A stretch of DNA of 64,000 bases, from the NCBI RefSeq assembly GCF_964194025.1, contig NC_134481.1, positions 7,688,001 through 7,752,000 of the forward strand, given 5' to 3'. Below are positions 11,644 through 25,212 of the stretch, in pieces. The first letter of the stretch is position 1. The number at the start of each line of letters is the position of its first letter. The notes beneath the pieces were generated by a model. That model was not told the origin of the DNA. It worked only from the letters and a program-made list of their open reading frames with translations, and ran no database searches. Source of the DNA: Convolutriloba macropyga (lineage: Eukaryota). Both the position numbers and the translations under genes were made by a program.

Positions 11644-14237
11644 CTTAATGATCTCTTAAGATTACAGTAGTATTTTGACTGCAAATAACGAAGCCGAAAA
11701 CTAATAAAGAGAAAAATAATGTCATAATGGTCAGATGTAGAGTCAACATTTGGAATCAATTTGGAGGTAGATTGTAGTTGCAGATTTTACAATTTTAGAC
11801 TTCGATAACTGCATTTATATGTCGAGAGAATGAGCACTCAATCAATTTGGTAACAAAAATCCTTTTCGCTAATTTAGCATATTGGCGAGTCAGCCACAAC
11901 TTTTTTTGTCCATAAAATTTAGAGCAGCTAAACACAACACTTTTAGCAATGCATATCTGCATCTCACAATCGTACTTCCGCACCATCTTAGTATACCATA
12001 TAGTGAATTGAGCTTTAAAGTTTCCTCAGATCCAAAGCACTGATTTCAACATACCAAAAATTATTCATTCTTAAACATAGATGATTGACTCGCTACCATT
12101 TTCACTTTACATGATTTGAAAGAAATTTTGTTTCGTTGAAAACATATTTAAATTAATGTCGAAATTCAAAAAAAACACAAGACACTAATGTCGATAAAAT
12201 TGCTCCCCTAACGACCACCGTCTGGTGTGGCATCAGTTGAAAAGTTCTCTAGCAGGGGTCACCGGTTACGGGGCTTCAAAACTTTTATAAGAGGTAATTT
12301 TTTAAAAGAGCTTCAAAACTTTTTATAAGAACTTTTTATAAGGCTTCAAAACTTTTTATAAGTGCTTGAAGATCAATTTCAGTTCATTTTATATTTGCCT
12401 TCTGATAGTAAACTGCATCTGACTAAGTTAAGCCGCTGAAGCTTGTATTCTGAAGGCGAGCAACTTAGTGCGCAAACACTGCAAATACAAGAGTGACAAG
12501 GCCCTTGAAAAGTGGTCCGACAAAAAATGCATTAAAACAAACAGGATAAAAACAAAAATGCGAACTTTGTTTGAGACTAAGCAACAAACTTCAACAGACA
12601 CTATTAATTTTAGATATTTTAAGGAACGATAAATCTTCTCAGTAAGGTTGATTAAGTTTGTCAAATTAAAAAATTTCCCTAAGCATGTAATCCTTTGCAC
12701 ACTATCAATACAAAACATACCCGGAAGATTGCCAGAAAATAGCCGCCGTTGATTCCCATAACTCTATTGGGATTGAAAGAAAAGAAAAAATCGACAAATA
12801 TTGATTTTTGTATAAAAACATTTTTAAGTGCGATTTATTTTGATATCATTTCGTAATTGAAGATACTCCTGTCTCTCAGTGAGAGGCTACAGGGTCTAGT
12901 ATCAATACCAATAGGCATTATAGATAGTAACTAAAACTTAATGATCTCTTAAGATTACAGTAGTATTTTGACTGCAAATAACGAAGCCGAAAACTAATAA
13001 AGAGAAAAAATAATGTCATAATGGTCAGATGTAGAGTCAACATTTGGAATCAATTTGGAGGTAGATTGTAGTTGCAGATTTTACAATTTTAGACTTCGAT
13101 AACTGCATTTATATGTCGAGAGAATGAGCACTCAATCAATTTGGTAACAAAAATCCTTTTCGCTAATTTAGCATATTGGCGAGTCAGCCACAACTTTTTT
13201 TGTCCATAAAATTTAGAGCAGCTAAACACAACACTTTTAGCAATGCATATCTGCATCTCACAATCGTACTTCCGCACCATCTTAGTATACCATATAGTGA
13301 ATTGAGCTTTAAAGTTTCCTCAGATCCAAAGCACTGATTTCAACATACCAAAAATTATTCATTCTTAAACATAGATGATTGACTCGCTACCATTTTCACT
13401 TTACATGATTTGAAAGAAATTTTGTTTCGTTGAAAACATATTTAAATTAATGTCGAAATTCAAAAAAAAAACACAAGACACTAATGTCGATAAAATTGCT
13501 CCCCTAACGACCACCGTCTGGTGTGGCATCAGTTGAAAAGTTCTCTAGCAGGGGTCACCGGTTACGGGGCTTCAAAACTTTTATAAGAGGTAATTTTTTT
13601 AAAAGAGCTTCAAAACTTTTTATAAGAACTTTTTATAAGGCTTCAAAACTTTTTATAAGTGCTTGAAGATCAATTTCAGTTCATTTTATATTTGCCTTCT
13701 GATAGTAAACTGCATCTGACTAAGTTAAGCCGCTGAAGCTTGTATTCTGAAGGCGAGCAACTTAGTGCGCAAACACTGCAAATACAAGAGTGACAAGGCC
13801 CTTGAAAAGTGGTCCGACAAAAAATGCATTAAAACAAACAGGATAAAAACAAAAATGCGAACTTTGTTTGAGACTAAGCAACAAACTTCAACAGACACTA
13901 TTAATTTTAGATATTTTAAGGAACGATAAATCTTCTCAGTAAGGTTGATTAAGTTTGTCAAATTAAAAAATTTCCCTAAGCATGTAATCCTTTGCACACT
14001 ATCAATACAAAACATACCCGGAAGATTGCCAGAAAATAGCCGCCGTTGATTCCCATAACTCTATTGGGATTGAAAGAAAAGAAAAAATCGACAAATATGG
14101 ATTTTTGTATAAAAACATTTTTAAGTGCGATTTCTTTTGATATCATTTCGTAATTGAAGATACTCCTGTCTCTCAGTGAGAGGCTACAGGGTCTAGTATC
14201 AATACCAATAGGCATTATAGATAGTAACTAAAACTTA
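11644..14237. repeat. Near-perfect tandem duplication, ~1.29 kb unit (11644-12936 and 12937-14233)
   Basis: Identical spurious ORFs at 11795/13089 and 12428/13725; copies differ only in homopolymer lengths and a couple of substitutions; CTTA microhomology at the junctions. Confidence 0.95.
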
Positions 14238-14589
14238 TGAGAACAAAGTTCAAGTACCGGGCATCTAAAAATGGACTTTAAGGGATTATCCCGTTTCTAT
14301 TTCTGACTTTTGATTTTTTATACTGACTCCCATTTTGAATTGCTTTGCTGAGCAGCTGCTGTTTAAAAGGACTTTGAGCAGAATGACAGAAGAGTGAAAC
14401 TAGCCTAGAGAAGTCAAAAAGATTTCACGCAAAATGTCGAAAAAGCGGCAAAATGGGTAAAGCGAAAAAAAGTTCGACGAAGTAAAAAAAATAGGAGCGC
14501 TATAATTGCCGGCTGAGAAGATGAGGGCGGCTATTAAAAACTTAAATCTCAAAAAACTCGGAGAAGCAAAACCAATTGCTACCACTAAC

Positions 14590-14930
14590 TTTGGATGAAA
14601 CATTAACAATGCGACTCGGCTGGGACGCCTTGATAAGGTCTAAGAGTAGAGTAGTCAGTAGGAAGTGTCCGAGGTGGTTGACTCCCAACTGGTACTCGAA
14701 ACCATCTAGGGTGGATCCCTTCGGACATGCCATCACTCCTGCATTGTTCACTAGAATGTCACATCTACTCTCCTCACTCAGGAACTGGTCACAGAAACCA
14801 CGCACAGATCCGAGACTTGCCAGGTCTAGCTGCATTACGGATATGTTGCTGTTTTTGGTGGCTTTGATTATTCTATTAGCAGCATCTTGTCCTGCTTGGA
14901 CGTTGCGACAAGCTAGGATTACTCGTGCAC
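14590..14930 (-). CDS. Retinol dehydrogenase-like SDR, internal exon
   Basis: ttgcag| acceptor, |gttagt donor; (G)ARVILACRN...MQLDLASLGSVRGFC...DILVNNAGVM...GVNHLGHFLLT...RIVNVSSK, typical of RDH11-14/WWOX-like SDRs. Confidence 0.95.
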
Positions 14931-15368
14931 CTGCAACACAACAAAGTTACCGATATATCAACCTTCTGGTGGAACATTACAGCACTTTCCGTGGAGCAAT
15001 TACACCAAAGCAATCCCACGTTTTAGGCTTGAATGTAATGATTATGTTTAGACAAGGCGCAAGAACGTTGTCAAATTGGGTAAGTAGCATGCAAGAAAAT
15101 TTAGATTTCATGACAACGAATAACTGCCTACCGTAAAGGCAAATATATACGAAAACATAAAACGTTCCGGCACGGTAATAAAATTTTCGTTTCTGAATTG
15201 GAGTGCAATTTCTTTCTTAGAGCATTCACGGAAAGATGAGGTCTATCGATATCATTTACTGGTTGACAAAATCGAATTTGATCACTGCCACAAAACATTT
15301 TTTTAAAAAAACATTTTTTTTAAAAAACATTTTTTTAAAAAATGCAAGTTAAGTCTTTGCAGACCTAC

Positions 15369-15509
15369 CTCTCCTCGCAAAATCCTTAGCAGTCTCGAAT
15401 CCGATTCCACAATTGCCACCTGTGACCAGGGTGGTCTTTCCAACCAGACTGGCTCTAGAGTGACACACCCCACCCAGGAAGTACCGCTTGGCGATTGCTA
15501 TCCCCGTCA
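15369..15509 (-). CDS. Retinol dehydrogenase-like SDR, N-terminal exon with Rossmann TGxxxGIG motif
   Basis: tttag| acceptor and |gtaggt donor; TGIAIAKRYFLGGVCHSRASLVGKTTLVTGGNCGIGFETAKDFARRG; phase 1 end matches the next exon. Confidence 0.92.
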
Positions 15510-15670
15510 CTAAACATTACATTATGCTACATAACGGGTTCTAACTCCCATTCCAGTAACTTACTTCTAGAACCGATTCAACATCAAAAATGCAGAACGC
15601 TGCTCGCTACAAAATGATATCTTCTAATTAATCGGAACTATTTCTGATTGTCGTTTCTGGCTTAGCAGTT

Positions 15671-15796
15671 AGCTCAAAATCATCGGTTAGTAGAAATCAA
15701 ACTCTAGCAAATCCGGGTTTATTTAGCAAAGTCAGCTCAAAATCATCAGTTAGTAGAAATCGAACTCTAGCAAATCCGGGTTTATTTAGCAAAGTC
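15671..15796. repeat. 63-bp tandem duplication just upstream of the SDR gene
   Basis: agctcaaaatcatc(g/a)gttagtagaaatc(a/g)aactctagcaaatccgggtttatttagcaaagtc x2. Confidence 0.9.
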
Positions 15797-17430
15797 GGGT
15801 AATAAGACCTGCGGTAAGTTTTACCTGGATTAGAATTAAGGCAGACCCGAAGAGTGCTCCTTTTACAACCTTAAAGGTTAGTAAAAGGGGTCTGCTTATT
15901 TCTGTTTGTGATGTAGACTTACACGCTACAGGATAACTTTAATTATAACGACTCTATATTAATATGCGGGAGTCACATAAGTACAAATATCTCATACAGG
16001 CTGAAAGACTATCATTGAGTATTTATTACGGAATAGAACATTCTGAGTCTCTGATTGGTCAAATTAAATCACGGAATAGATGTCCGTCTTCTGCAGAATA
16101 TGACCCACTACAATTGACGTCTTTGCACTTTTGTAAGTGTATTTAAAAGTTGGAATGGATAGTCCAACCTATTTAGCTATAAAAATCATTATCGGCGAAA
16201 AACTACCAATTATACAGTTCACGCATGATTAAGGAACCATTTCTTCGTTCATAACATTCAGGCTTATTTATAGATAAGAACAGTTAATAATACTGAGAAC
16301 TTTGGACTACAAAACACAAAAAAATATTGCGAGTATTCGATACCTATTTTTGAGTGTTTTGATATATTTAGGGTTAAGCATCGGTTTTGATGTATTCCAA
16401 ACCTCGGCAAAATTTGCCAACTTTCACAGCTGGCTTTGCTTTGTATCCCTTTATCATAGCATCATAATTTGACCAAAAAATAGCCCAAACCAGCTTTATA
16501 AATTTGTATACGAAAAGATTTTGGCTGAAGATAACAATAAAACTGTCGATGCCAGATTCTCTCAACTTCGTTAAACGCGTCGGCCTTACAAAGCAGATGG
16601 CACTCAATTCTTTTCACATTGCACTGAGTAATGAACTGAACTCTTCTCAACAATTAGAGTCCGAAGACGCTCGCATGAAAAGAAAACAGATGTCGCCAAA
16701 ACAGCACGTTTTTAAGTATCAGATATAACTTGCGCATACAACATGCATGATTACACTAGTACCAGTGCCAAAATGGAAGAAGCACACCTTTTCTTCAGCC
16801 AGTAAGATGCAAGGAGCTATTTTATTTAGGTGTACTTTCCTCACACCAGCCGAGTAAAAGCATCTACTATACTTCACAACCTATAAAAATATTAAATAAG
16901 GTGTAATAGTTAACCCAATTAATGATTAGCCTGCATAAACCATTGAGAACCAAAATCACCGAACACTTTTTTGTGTCAATTAGAGTTACGGGAAAAAAAC
17001 ACTTCAAAGAAGAGCCACAGCAATGTCTCTATGCCCAGACAACAAAGTGAATGAATAATTATGCCATATGCCAGCACGTTTAGGGACAACGTTTAGCAAT
17101 CTAATAATGTCATTGGAAAAATTCATTTGCTTATGGTCACTTTGTCATCCTCTTGATCTAATACAACCTCTGGTAAGAGATACAAAAATATGACACTTAC
17201 CTTTGAGTTCATTTCAAAAGTTTTATAGATAACTCACTTTTATACCTTTGCTTAAACAAATTCTCATAAAAAACATTCCAGTTTTGACAACTGCGATTAA
17301 AAAGTTCTAAAAAAATTCCTATGAAATTGCATTTGTTGTCTTACAACACAAAATACGCCAATTTGGAAGAACGAAGGTCACTTTCTTCAACTTATTCCGC
17401 ATACAGATCTGAGGCATTAAAATTGAAACA

Positions 17431-20102
17431 AACAAGGAGACTCGGTAATGTGCGATCGCACATAAGGTTCCGACGCCGCTCATCCAGAATTTTGGCATAA
17501 TTGTCTACCAAATGCGGAACAGATAGAAAAACCCAAAAACTATTTTTGGGAATCAAAAAAACTTCAAAAAGAAAACCAAGTATTTTTCAAAAAAATATAG
17601 TGTATGAACGAAAAGATAGCTTCCAATTCAAATAACTCAGTGGAGTAAAAATGATGCACTAGATTGATGAGATATGCCAATATTAAGAAAGCGAGTTAAG
17701 ACGAACAGCGAAATCAAACAACAACAAACATTAATTACATCAAAAACTTTATGTCCGTTTAAAAACACAAAACTTAATAACAAAGTCAACGTAGCGTCAG
17801 ATAAAACTGAAACAAAACACAGTAACTTTTAATTCCCCATAAAAATTATGGGATCAGTTCAAAATACGGCTTAGTAACAATTAGACAAAAAAGAACAAAA
17901 ACAGTAAAGTTAAATTTTTTTAAAAAACAATTAGTTTCAAACTAATGAAAGCCATTAGAAGTCAACTAAAATATCCCATAGGCTCACACTTATCAATACT
18001 TCTGTAGATGGGCAGTCATACCTGTCCTTATTTATTTTTTATGCAATTAAAAAAGAACAACAAAAAGACAACAAACAAAATTCAAAAAAAAAATTTGCCA
18101 GAAAACGCTGTCGAAGCTGTAGAGCCATATTTTGGCCCTGAAAATATGTTCGATTGCGCCTTCTTCGCACACCGATAAAGTAGTATGTAGTAATTCCTTA
18201 ATGAGACTGGGTAACAAGTAGCCAAAAAAGAAAAAAGAGGAAAAAGTAAGCAAAAGTTCTGACTTTTTTTCGAAAAAAAATTACTTCCAAAGTCATCAAA
18301 AGCCAATAATTACAATATGAAATAACTAAATAGGTTCGTTTTTTGTCCAGAGAAAAAACCCTTGAGACCTGCAATAATTGAGAATATTTCTTGCGTCTAC
18401 AAAAAAAAAACGTCAAATAAGACAAAAATCAAATTAATTTACTTTGTGAAAAACCGTTGTCGAAGCCAGTAAGGTCACAACGAATTCATCAAAAATATTA
18501 GATTTTGTGACACCAATCACTTTTGTCGCCTTCATTTGCCATCAATATTGTCATATTTGACCTGTAATTAACGAGACTAGGTAACAAAAAGACAATAAAA
18601 AGAACAAAATTGCAAGTTAAAAAATTTTTTATTTTGGAAAACTATTGATTTCAAAGTCATGAAAGCCATCAGCTATCCACTAAAATCTGAATATCAGCTC
18701 ATCTATCTATCTAAGAAAGGCCAATGAAAACATTCCTGACAAAGAAAATTTCATACCACTAAAATGACAAAGTAAAAACGACAGTTAAAGACAAAATTAA
18801 AAAACTCAATTAAATTTTTCAAGAAAGAAGTGTCGAAGCCGTTAAAACGATAACCTATATCATTCAGGATTTTAATATGTTCAATTTTGTTTTATTTTGA
18901 ATGCCAATAATTTGATATGAGAACTGTCAAAAATGTGATAATGTGAAAAAACTAGAAAACGTGAAAAACTTGCAAATATCTAAAAAAAAATCTGAAATCT
19001 AGTAGTATCAAAGCCAGAAAACAAAGACTTAAAGCTTAAAACCTCAACAAAGATAAAATTTTACATCAGTTGCAAGAAGAAGCATTCTTTCTTTGCTGAC
19101 ACTAAGCTGCAAGTTAACCAAATTAAGAAAAAAAAATAGAGGAAAAGTTCATTAGGCCATTATTTATATAAAAATCAATTATTTTTTAAAGTCAAAACGA
19201 CCATAAGCTTTCTAGTAAAAATTTAAATGCATTAGCCTGGAGCTGCTTGGGAAACCAATTGGACCTATCACTTCTGAGCTTTGATTTGATATGTTCTGTT
19301 CTTTAATTAATATAAAAAATATCATTTTTATTAAAAAGACCGACTAATTACAATCCGAATTCTTTTTGGATTGTAACAGTTTAAGATCGGTGCAATACTA
19401 GCCCTGTTAATGCTTATGGTCCATTAGGAACACTTAATTTTCGAATATTATAGATATAGATAATTTGCTGGTTAAAAACTCAAAAAAACTCTGCGTTTTT
19501 GATAATCAATGAGTAAAGTTAGCAAAAACGGTGAAGTTTAAATTACAGAGCACTAACAACAGAAGTTGAAGTAGGAATAGCCACCCTTTGAGTCTAAAAA
19601 GATTGTATTAGTGTTTTTTGGGGGTGTACTTCCAGCAATTTTAATCAAAGTGGACTAAAGAAGCTTATTACGTGCTGTTTTGATGAAAAAGGCTGAATTT
19701 TGAAATATTTAGCCCAAATTTTTGACAAAAAAATTAAATCAAAATAATCAACAATACTTTTGTAATACTTTTGTAAGTTTAAAAATAAAATCAACAACAC
19801 TATTCTTAAAAATTTTAACAAATTTTAGCAAAATTGACGAAAATTTATGCAAAAATTCCGGAAAATGTGAATAAAAACGGAATTCACTACTTTTCTCAGA
19901 AGTTTAAACCTCCGTAACTCCCTGTAAAAAACGAAAATAAAATAAAAATCTTTTTAATTCCACATTCTACGCTGGACGAGCTTTCTAATTATATTAGTCT
20001 CAACTCTCTACGATAAATATATCGATCGGCGAAAATTATCTGAACAAAAAAAAACCATTTGAGTATATAGTCCCCCCCCCCCCTCAAGAGGGGTCGGAAC
20101 AA
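17431..20102 (-). mobile_element. Helentron/DINE-like non-autonomous element, copy B (both ends present)
   Basis: Left end aacaaggagactcggtaatgtgcgatcgcacataaggttccgac; right end gagtatatagtccccc...ggggtcggaacaa; subterminal IR (tgttccgacccc/ggggtcggaaca), terminal hairpin, A/T-run flanks, no TSD. Confidence 0.7.
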
Positions 20103-20496
20103 TAACCTCGAGGTTAAAGTTACAACTTGAAAAATTACAAATCAAACGAAACATAAATTTTATATATCAAACACATTAATGTTCGGTTTTCATTCTTTAT
20201 GTCAACACCCTAATATATTTTTAAATCCTACATTTTTGTTTGCCTATTCGCATGCTTCGTTCTTTATCTTTCCTCAAATTTGTTTTTCGATTTCTCCTTC
20301 TAAATGCAATGTCGAGTGGGAGGTTTTAAACTGAAAGAACAAAAAAATGGGCTCCATCATTTCAACCGCTTCAAATCATCATTTCAAATACTTCGATTAC
20401 GGAATTCCTAATGGCAACGGAGAGTTCATTACAAATGAACAAACAATTCTAGTTTTGTTAGCGTTTTATAAAGTAAAAAGAGTACAAATTATAGTA

Positions 20497-22320
20497 ATAT
20501 AGCTGGTAGATTGCCAGAAAACAGCCGCAATTGCTCCGCAGCTCTCCAGTCTCGAAAAAAAAACAGTAAAAAAGACAGACTAAATAAATTACTCCTTTCA
20601 TTAAAGGATGAGATGTTATATTTTGATTAAGAATATGTATAAGTTATGGCTACCTGTATTAGCTGCTCTCAGATAACCTTCATTTAGAGTGACACACATT
20701 CACTTGACCTTGTCTCTTTGAATTAAAGTGAAGAAAAGCCAACTTCAAAGTGAGGAACTCATTTTTGAGAGTGGGGAAGTCACGTGTGACCGGAAACTTA
20801 ATCACGCGAACAAAAACCAAATCGTCCCATTACGAGTGAAAAATGACGTGACGCACGCATTTCAGTTGAAATTGAATGAACGAATGAACAAAATGAAGAT
20901 TTGAAGTGGTTGTGACGTCAAATGCTCGCAACAAAAATCTTGACGACGAAATAAAAGAAAATACCAAGAGAAGGCCAATACTAGCCCCAGCTATCGCTGT
21001 GCGGCTATTAATAAAACTTTTTGACAAGAAAAATTGTCGACTGTACAGTAAAAACGAAGAAACAGAATGTTTAAAATGACAACAACAACACCGTTTAAAT
21101 CGAATGCAACGACAACACCAAACCAAGAATTCCGAACCAATCATGACTGCAGAAGTCAAAATGTCGAACGTTTTTCGAGCATGAAGCACCGCTTCCTATT
21201 TGTAATTTAAATAGCAAAACATCACTAATGCCATCCAAAAAACAAATGCAATCAGAGAATTTTTGAAGAAAGTAGAAAAACACGAACAATTTGACGGCTG
21301 CCTTTAGAAAAACGTATATCTACGACTGACCAAAAGACATCGAAAAACTGTTACACATAGAAGTAAAATTTCCCTAAAAGAGAAGGCTGTTACTAAAACA
21401 GCTACGCCTCAAAAACCAGCGCTTTTATCTACTGTAAAGTACAATGTGTTATTTTCTCTCGCTTCGTTGTTTCGAGATAAACAGCGATGTCTCAAAAGAA
21501 AATCCGAAAAAAAAACTTTAAAAACTATTCAACCTCAACGAACAACAGAACACCGATAATGCTCTCGGGAAATCAATAAAAAGTAACAACACGCCAATCT
21601 TATCAATATTAAGATCAAAAGAAAATCAAACATAGCTGGCAGATTGCCAGAAAATAGCCGCAATAGATTTGTAGATCGGCAGTCTAAAAAAAAAAACAGT
21701 AAAAAAGACAGACCAAAAAAATTCGTCTTTTCATTGAAGGCTGATCTGTTATACTTTGATTAAAAATATGTATAAGTTATTGCTGCCTCTATTAGCTGCT
21801 CTCTAATAACCTTCATTTAGAGTTACACACACCCATTTGACCTTATTTCTTTGAATTAAAGTAAATAAAAGTCAATTTCAAAGTGACAAGTCCTGACGTA
21901 TAATTCAAAGAATTTTCATTGACTAAACAGAAAACTAGACCAAGAACGGACTGTGAATGGATTGGGAAAACCATTTAGAAAAAAAATCCGATCGAAAAAA
22001 TCGAAAAAACTGTAAAAATCAAAGTGAAATTGCCGCATGTGAACAAAAAACCCACTACCGATAAAGCGAATTTTTGTTCAAACACCGTATTCTCACTCTA
22101 CTAATTAGAGCGAAAAAATTTCACGCCGCAAAACCACTCGCTTTTTCGCTCCATTTCCTGTTTCGACGATCACTACTCCAATTTGACTTCAAAAATCATG
22201 AAAATGTGTGAACAGATCTTAAAAAAAAAAGAAAGCGCCCCAATACAATTCAAATTCTTTGAATTGTAAAAAACCAAGAGAAGGCCAATAATAGCCCCAG
22301 CTATCGCTGTGCAGCTATTA
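20497..22320. repeat. Second dispersed repeat family, two adjacent copies (starting ~20497 and ~21629)
   Basis: Shared start atagctgg(t/c)agattgccagaaa(a/c)agccgcaat with ~250 bp of clear similarity and shared motif ccaagagaaggccaata(c/a)tagccccagctatcgc (20964, 22274; inverted at ~63897-63931); related starts at ~12714, 14011, 26730, 27221, 30870. Confidence 0.65.
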
Positions 22321-23004
22321 AAAAGATATTGTAGACGTTTGACACGTCGCTTTTCATCTCGAAACAATGAATGAGAGGCAATTACACGTTGTATATAATT
22401 CAGTTTATTGAATTACAATAGGAGCATGATAAACTTCGTTTGATCACAATTTCAGCTTGGAAAAACAACACACAGGTTCTTTGGCAAAAACTTGAGAACC
22501 TTTCAATTGAACTGAAAATGAAACATAATATGATCCAAGCTACCCGGAGGAGCAACAAAATTTTAGTGGAACTCAAAAACAGTAAAGTTTTCTTTTCAAA
22601 GTTGGAGCTAAAGCACCACATAAGTTGGTCGTTCAAACGCTATAACTAGTAGACGCACTGCAGTTTTTATCAGCATCTTACAAAAAATCAGTATTTAAAA
22701 TGACATCACTTCGCTACTATTGCGAACGTGAACTCAGACTCATTAATTCAGCAAACCAAAAAGTAGGCGAAAATCATTTTTAAAAAAATTCTGGAAATAA
22801 CTCCCTTGCCAAATCAACAATTAAGTTCAGAAGCTTGAATTTATAGTTCATGCAACGCTTTTGCAAAAAAAATATTAGATGAACAACCCCAAAAAAAATT
22901 CTACACGTAAATTTTACCATATCTACTTATCCATCTTCCAAAAACAGTATGAAATAAAAAAACCTCTCGACTCCCCTGTGTTCCAAAATTTTTTCACGTG
23001 TTCC

Positions 23005-23045
23005 AACTAGAGCATGAAGCAGTTTTGCTGCTTCATGCTCTAGTT
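23005..23045. repeat. Perfect 18-bp inverted repeat (hairpin) with 5-nt loop
   Basis: aactagagcatgaagcag-ttttg-ctgcttcatgctctagtt. Confidence 0.9.
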
Positions 23046-24480
23046 CTCATATGAAATAGTACCACGCAACGACAAAATTTGGATTATCATAGCTGTTTAT
23101 TAATAGCATCACCATAGTGAAGTGAAGTGAACGATACCGTAGTTTTGTGAAGTGAACGATACCAATACTCCTAATTGATGCTGAAAAACAACTCCCCAAT
23201 ATAATTCAAAAAATGTTATCAAAGCAGTGAAAAAATATGATTACCGAATTAGAAAAGTTTAAAATTAATTAAGTATCAATCTATATGCAGCGCAAAACAC
23301 AAAAATGAAACAGAACGCTGTTTTCAGGCCAATCGTATTGAACGGAAGGTTTACAAATTACAATAGATCCGAAATTATATACTAACGCATTGCATAAAAC
23401 CAAAAGTCAAAACTTTAGGCTCACAAAGTCAAAACTTTAGGCTCACAATAAAGGATATTTGCCCGGCAGATAACTGAGCCCGTAAAATTTAGCAGTTCAA
23501 AGCCTAGATTTACATACTTTTCAAAACTTTTAAATAAGCATAAAAACTTACCTATAAGAAGAATTTCATCCTGGAAAAGCTTGCTTTCACAGATTTAAAT
23601 TTTATTTCGTCTGGATCGAACAAATTACAGAGGGACAAAATATTATTCATATCAATATTTTCAACTTTATTTAGCATTGCTGACTGACTTCGAACAAATT
23701 GTCTTCAAAAGATAGGCGGGTAAGAGGGAGATCTATTTTTTTTTAAAATAAAAAGGAGAGCACCTGAGTGCACAATATGATGCAAAAATTTTATAAATTA
23801 ACCTTTATGCCATTAATTCATGCCTTCTCGACAATTGCGGCAAGGTGCACTCCATTTATATACCATTGCAACTCTTAATTCTGCTCCTCAATTATATGAA
23901 TTATACAAAAAAAAACGGAATGCAATAATAACCAAATAATTCCTAAAAATTTACCTGAGAGCAACAAAAATAAACCGGTAAAACTATATCTGCAAGACCA
24001 AACTCCAGTCAGCAGCGCTTTTGACTTCGTTTGCTGCAAAATCATGTCTCTTATGAGCAATTCTACTAAACAAAAGTCTAATAAGGCAACTTTTATTTTT
24101 ATCAAACCCTCGAGAATCTCCAATGCTTAAAGCTTTTGGGAAAAAAGTCTAAAATAGTAACTTTTATTCATCAAGTTCAACAAACCATATATTTCAACAT
24201 CCTATATCATTATACCGAAAAACAGATTTGACACTAAATGGTATAAGACATCTTTTTTTTTACAAATTATGCTAACAACAGCCAACGATATTTCAATAAA
24301 CTTGACCTAGTTAAAAATCTGTAAATATACATTATTATCAACTTATTTTGAACACAACAGAGTAAAAAGACAATATGTATGACATTAAGCCCAAATTAAA
24401 TATGAACTGAACATGAAATTTTAGTTTTCAGAGACTTGGATTTTGCAACTTTTGTTTGTTCTTTGGTTCAAATCGCTCCA

Positions 24481-25084
24481 TTAGAACTCATCGTGTTCTT
24501 CAACGGGAGGTTTTCCATCTTTTCCATCCCAGGCTTCGATTTTGTCCACTTTTGGCAACTCGGTCATCTGCAAGGGTTCAGTACGACCTCTACCAACCGA
24601 AACAGCCTTCAGCAATTCAGTCACGTGATCCTGATCGAAGGCACTTCTCAAGGTCACGAAGACCTTCTTCTTGTAGTTCATCACAACCATGGCTGGGTAA
24701 CCGAATCCTCCGACGCCTACAGCATTCTCAACAGCCGGTTGGGTACCTCCCTCTGCCCAAACCCAACCCCAGTTTTTCTGTTTGAACTCATTGCCAACTT
24801 TTTTCATGAGAGCCAGATTCTTGTTTCGACCAGATGCCATGTCGTCTAAAATATGAGGCAAGAAAGTCAGCACACAGATGGAATGTTCTTCACAAGCTTC
24901 TTTGAGCACTTCTTGTGACGTGATTTGCTTCACTTCAGGTGGAGGGTAGTTCACGACTGTCTTCGACTCGGCCCAGGACACAATGTCACTCGAGGTTCGT
25001 CCACCATCGTATTCAAGAGGAGACTGTTTCGCAGCTTTGCCACTAGGGAAGTATTTGATGGTGGGATATCCTCGGATTCCGTAC
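24481..25084 (-). CDS. PDIA6: Protein disulfide-isomerase A6 (P5), terminal exon
   Basis: tttttag| acceptor then YGIRGYPTIKYFP...YDGGRTSSDIVSWA...CVLTFLPHILD...WGWVWAEGG...GGFGYPAM...GRG...WDGKDG..HDEF (ER retention variant); matches the PDIA6 C-terminal domain. Confidence 0.93.
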
Positions 25085-25212
25085 CTAAAAATAGATTCCA
25101 TCGTATAATTTAAAAATGCAGGAATATAGCCGCGGTTTCATTAAAATCGAAACAAAAAAAGAAGGAAATTACCAATTCGTTTTTCAAAGTATCAAAAAGC
25201 CTCCTAATTGCG

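Noticed and set aside
11795-13280. Duplicated 63-aa and 96-aa ORFs as small genes or the missing SDR exon
   Set aside because: No motif support; identical only because of the tandem duplication; the real YxxxK exon is at 300-435
14576-15136. 186-aa plus-strand ORF, and similar ORFs at 24436, 8805, 7656, 63173
   Set aside because: Antisense shadows of real coding exons with no recognisable motifs
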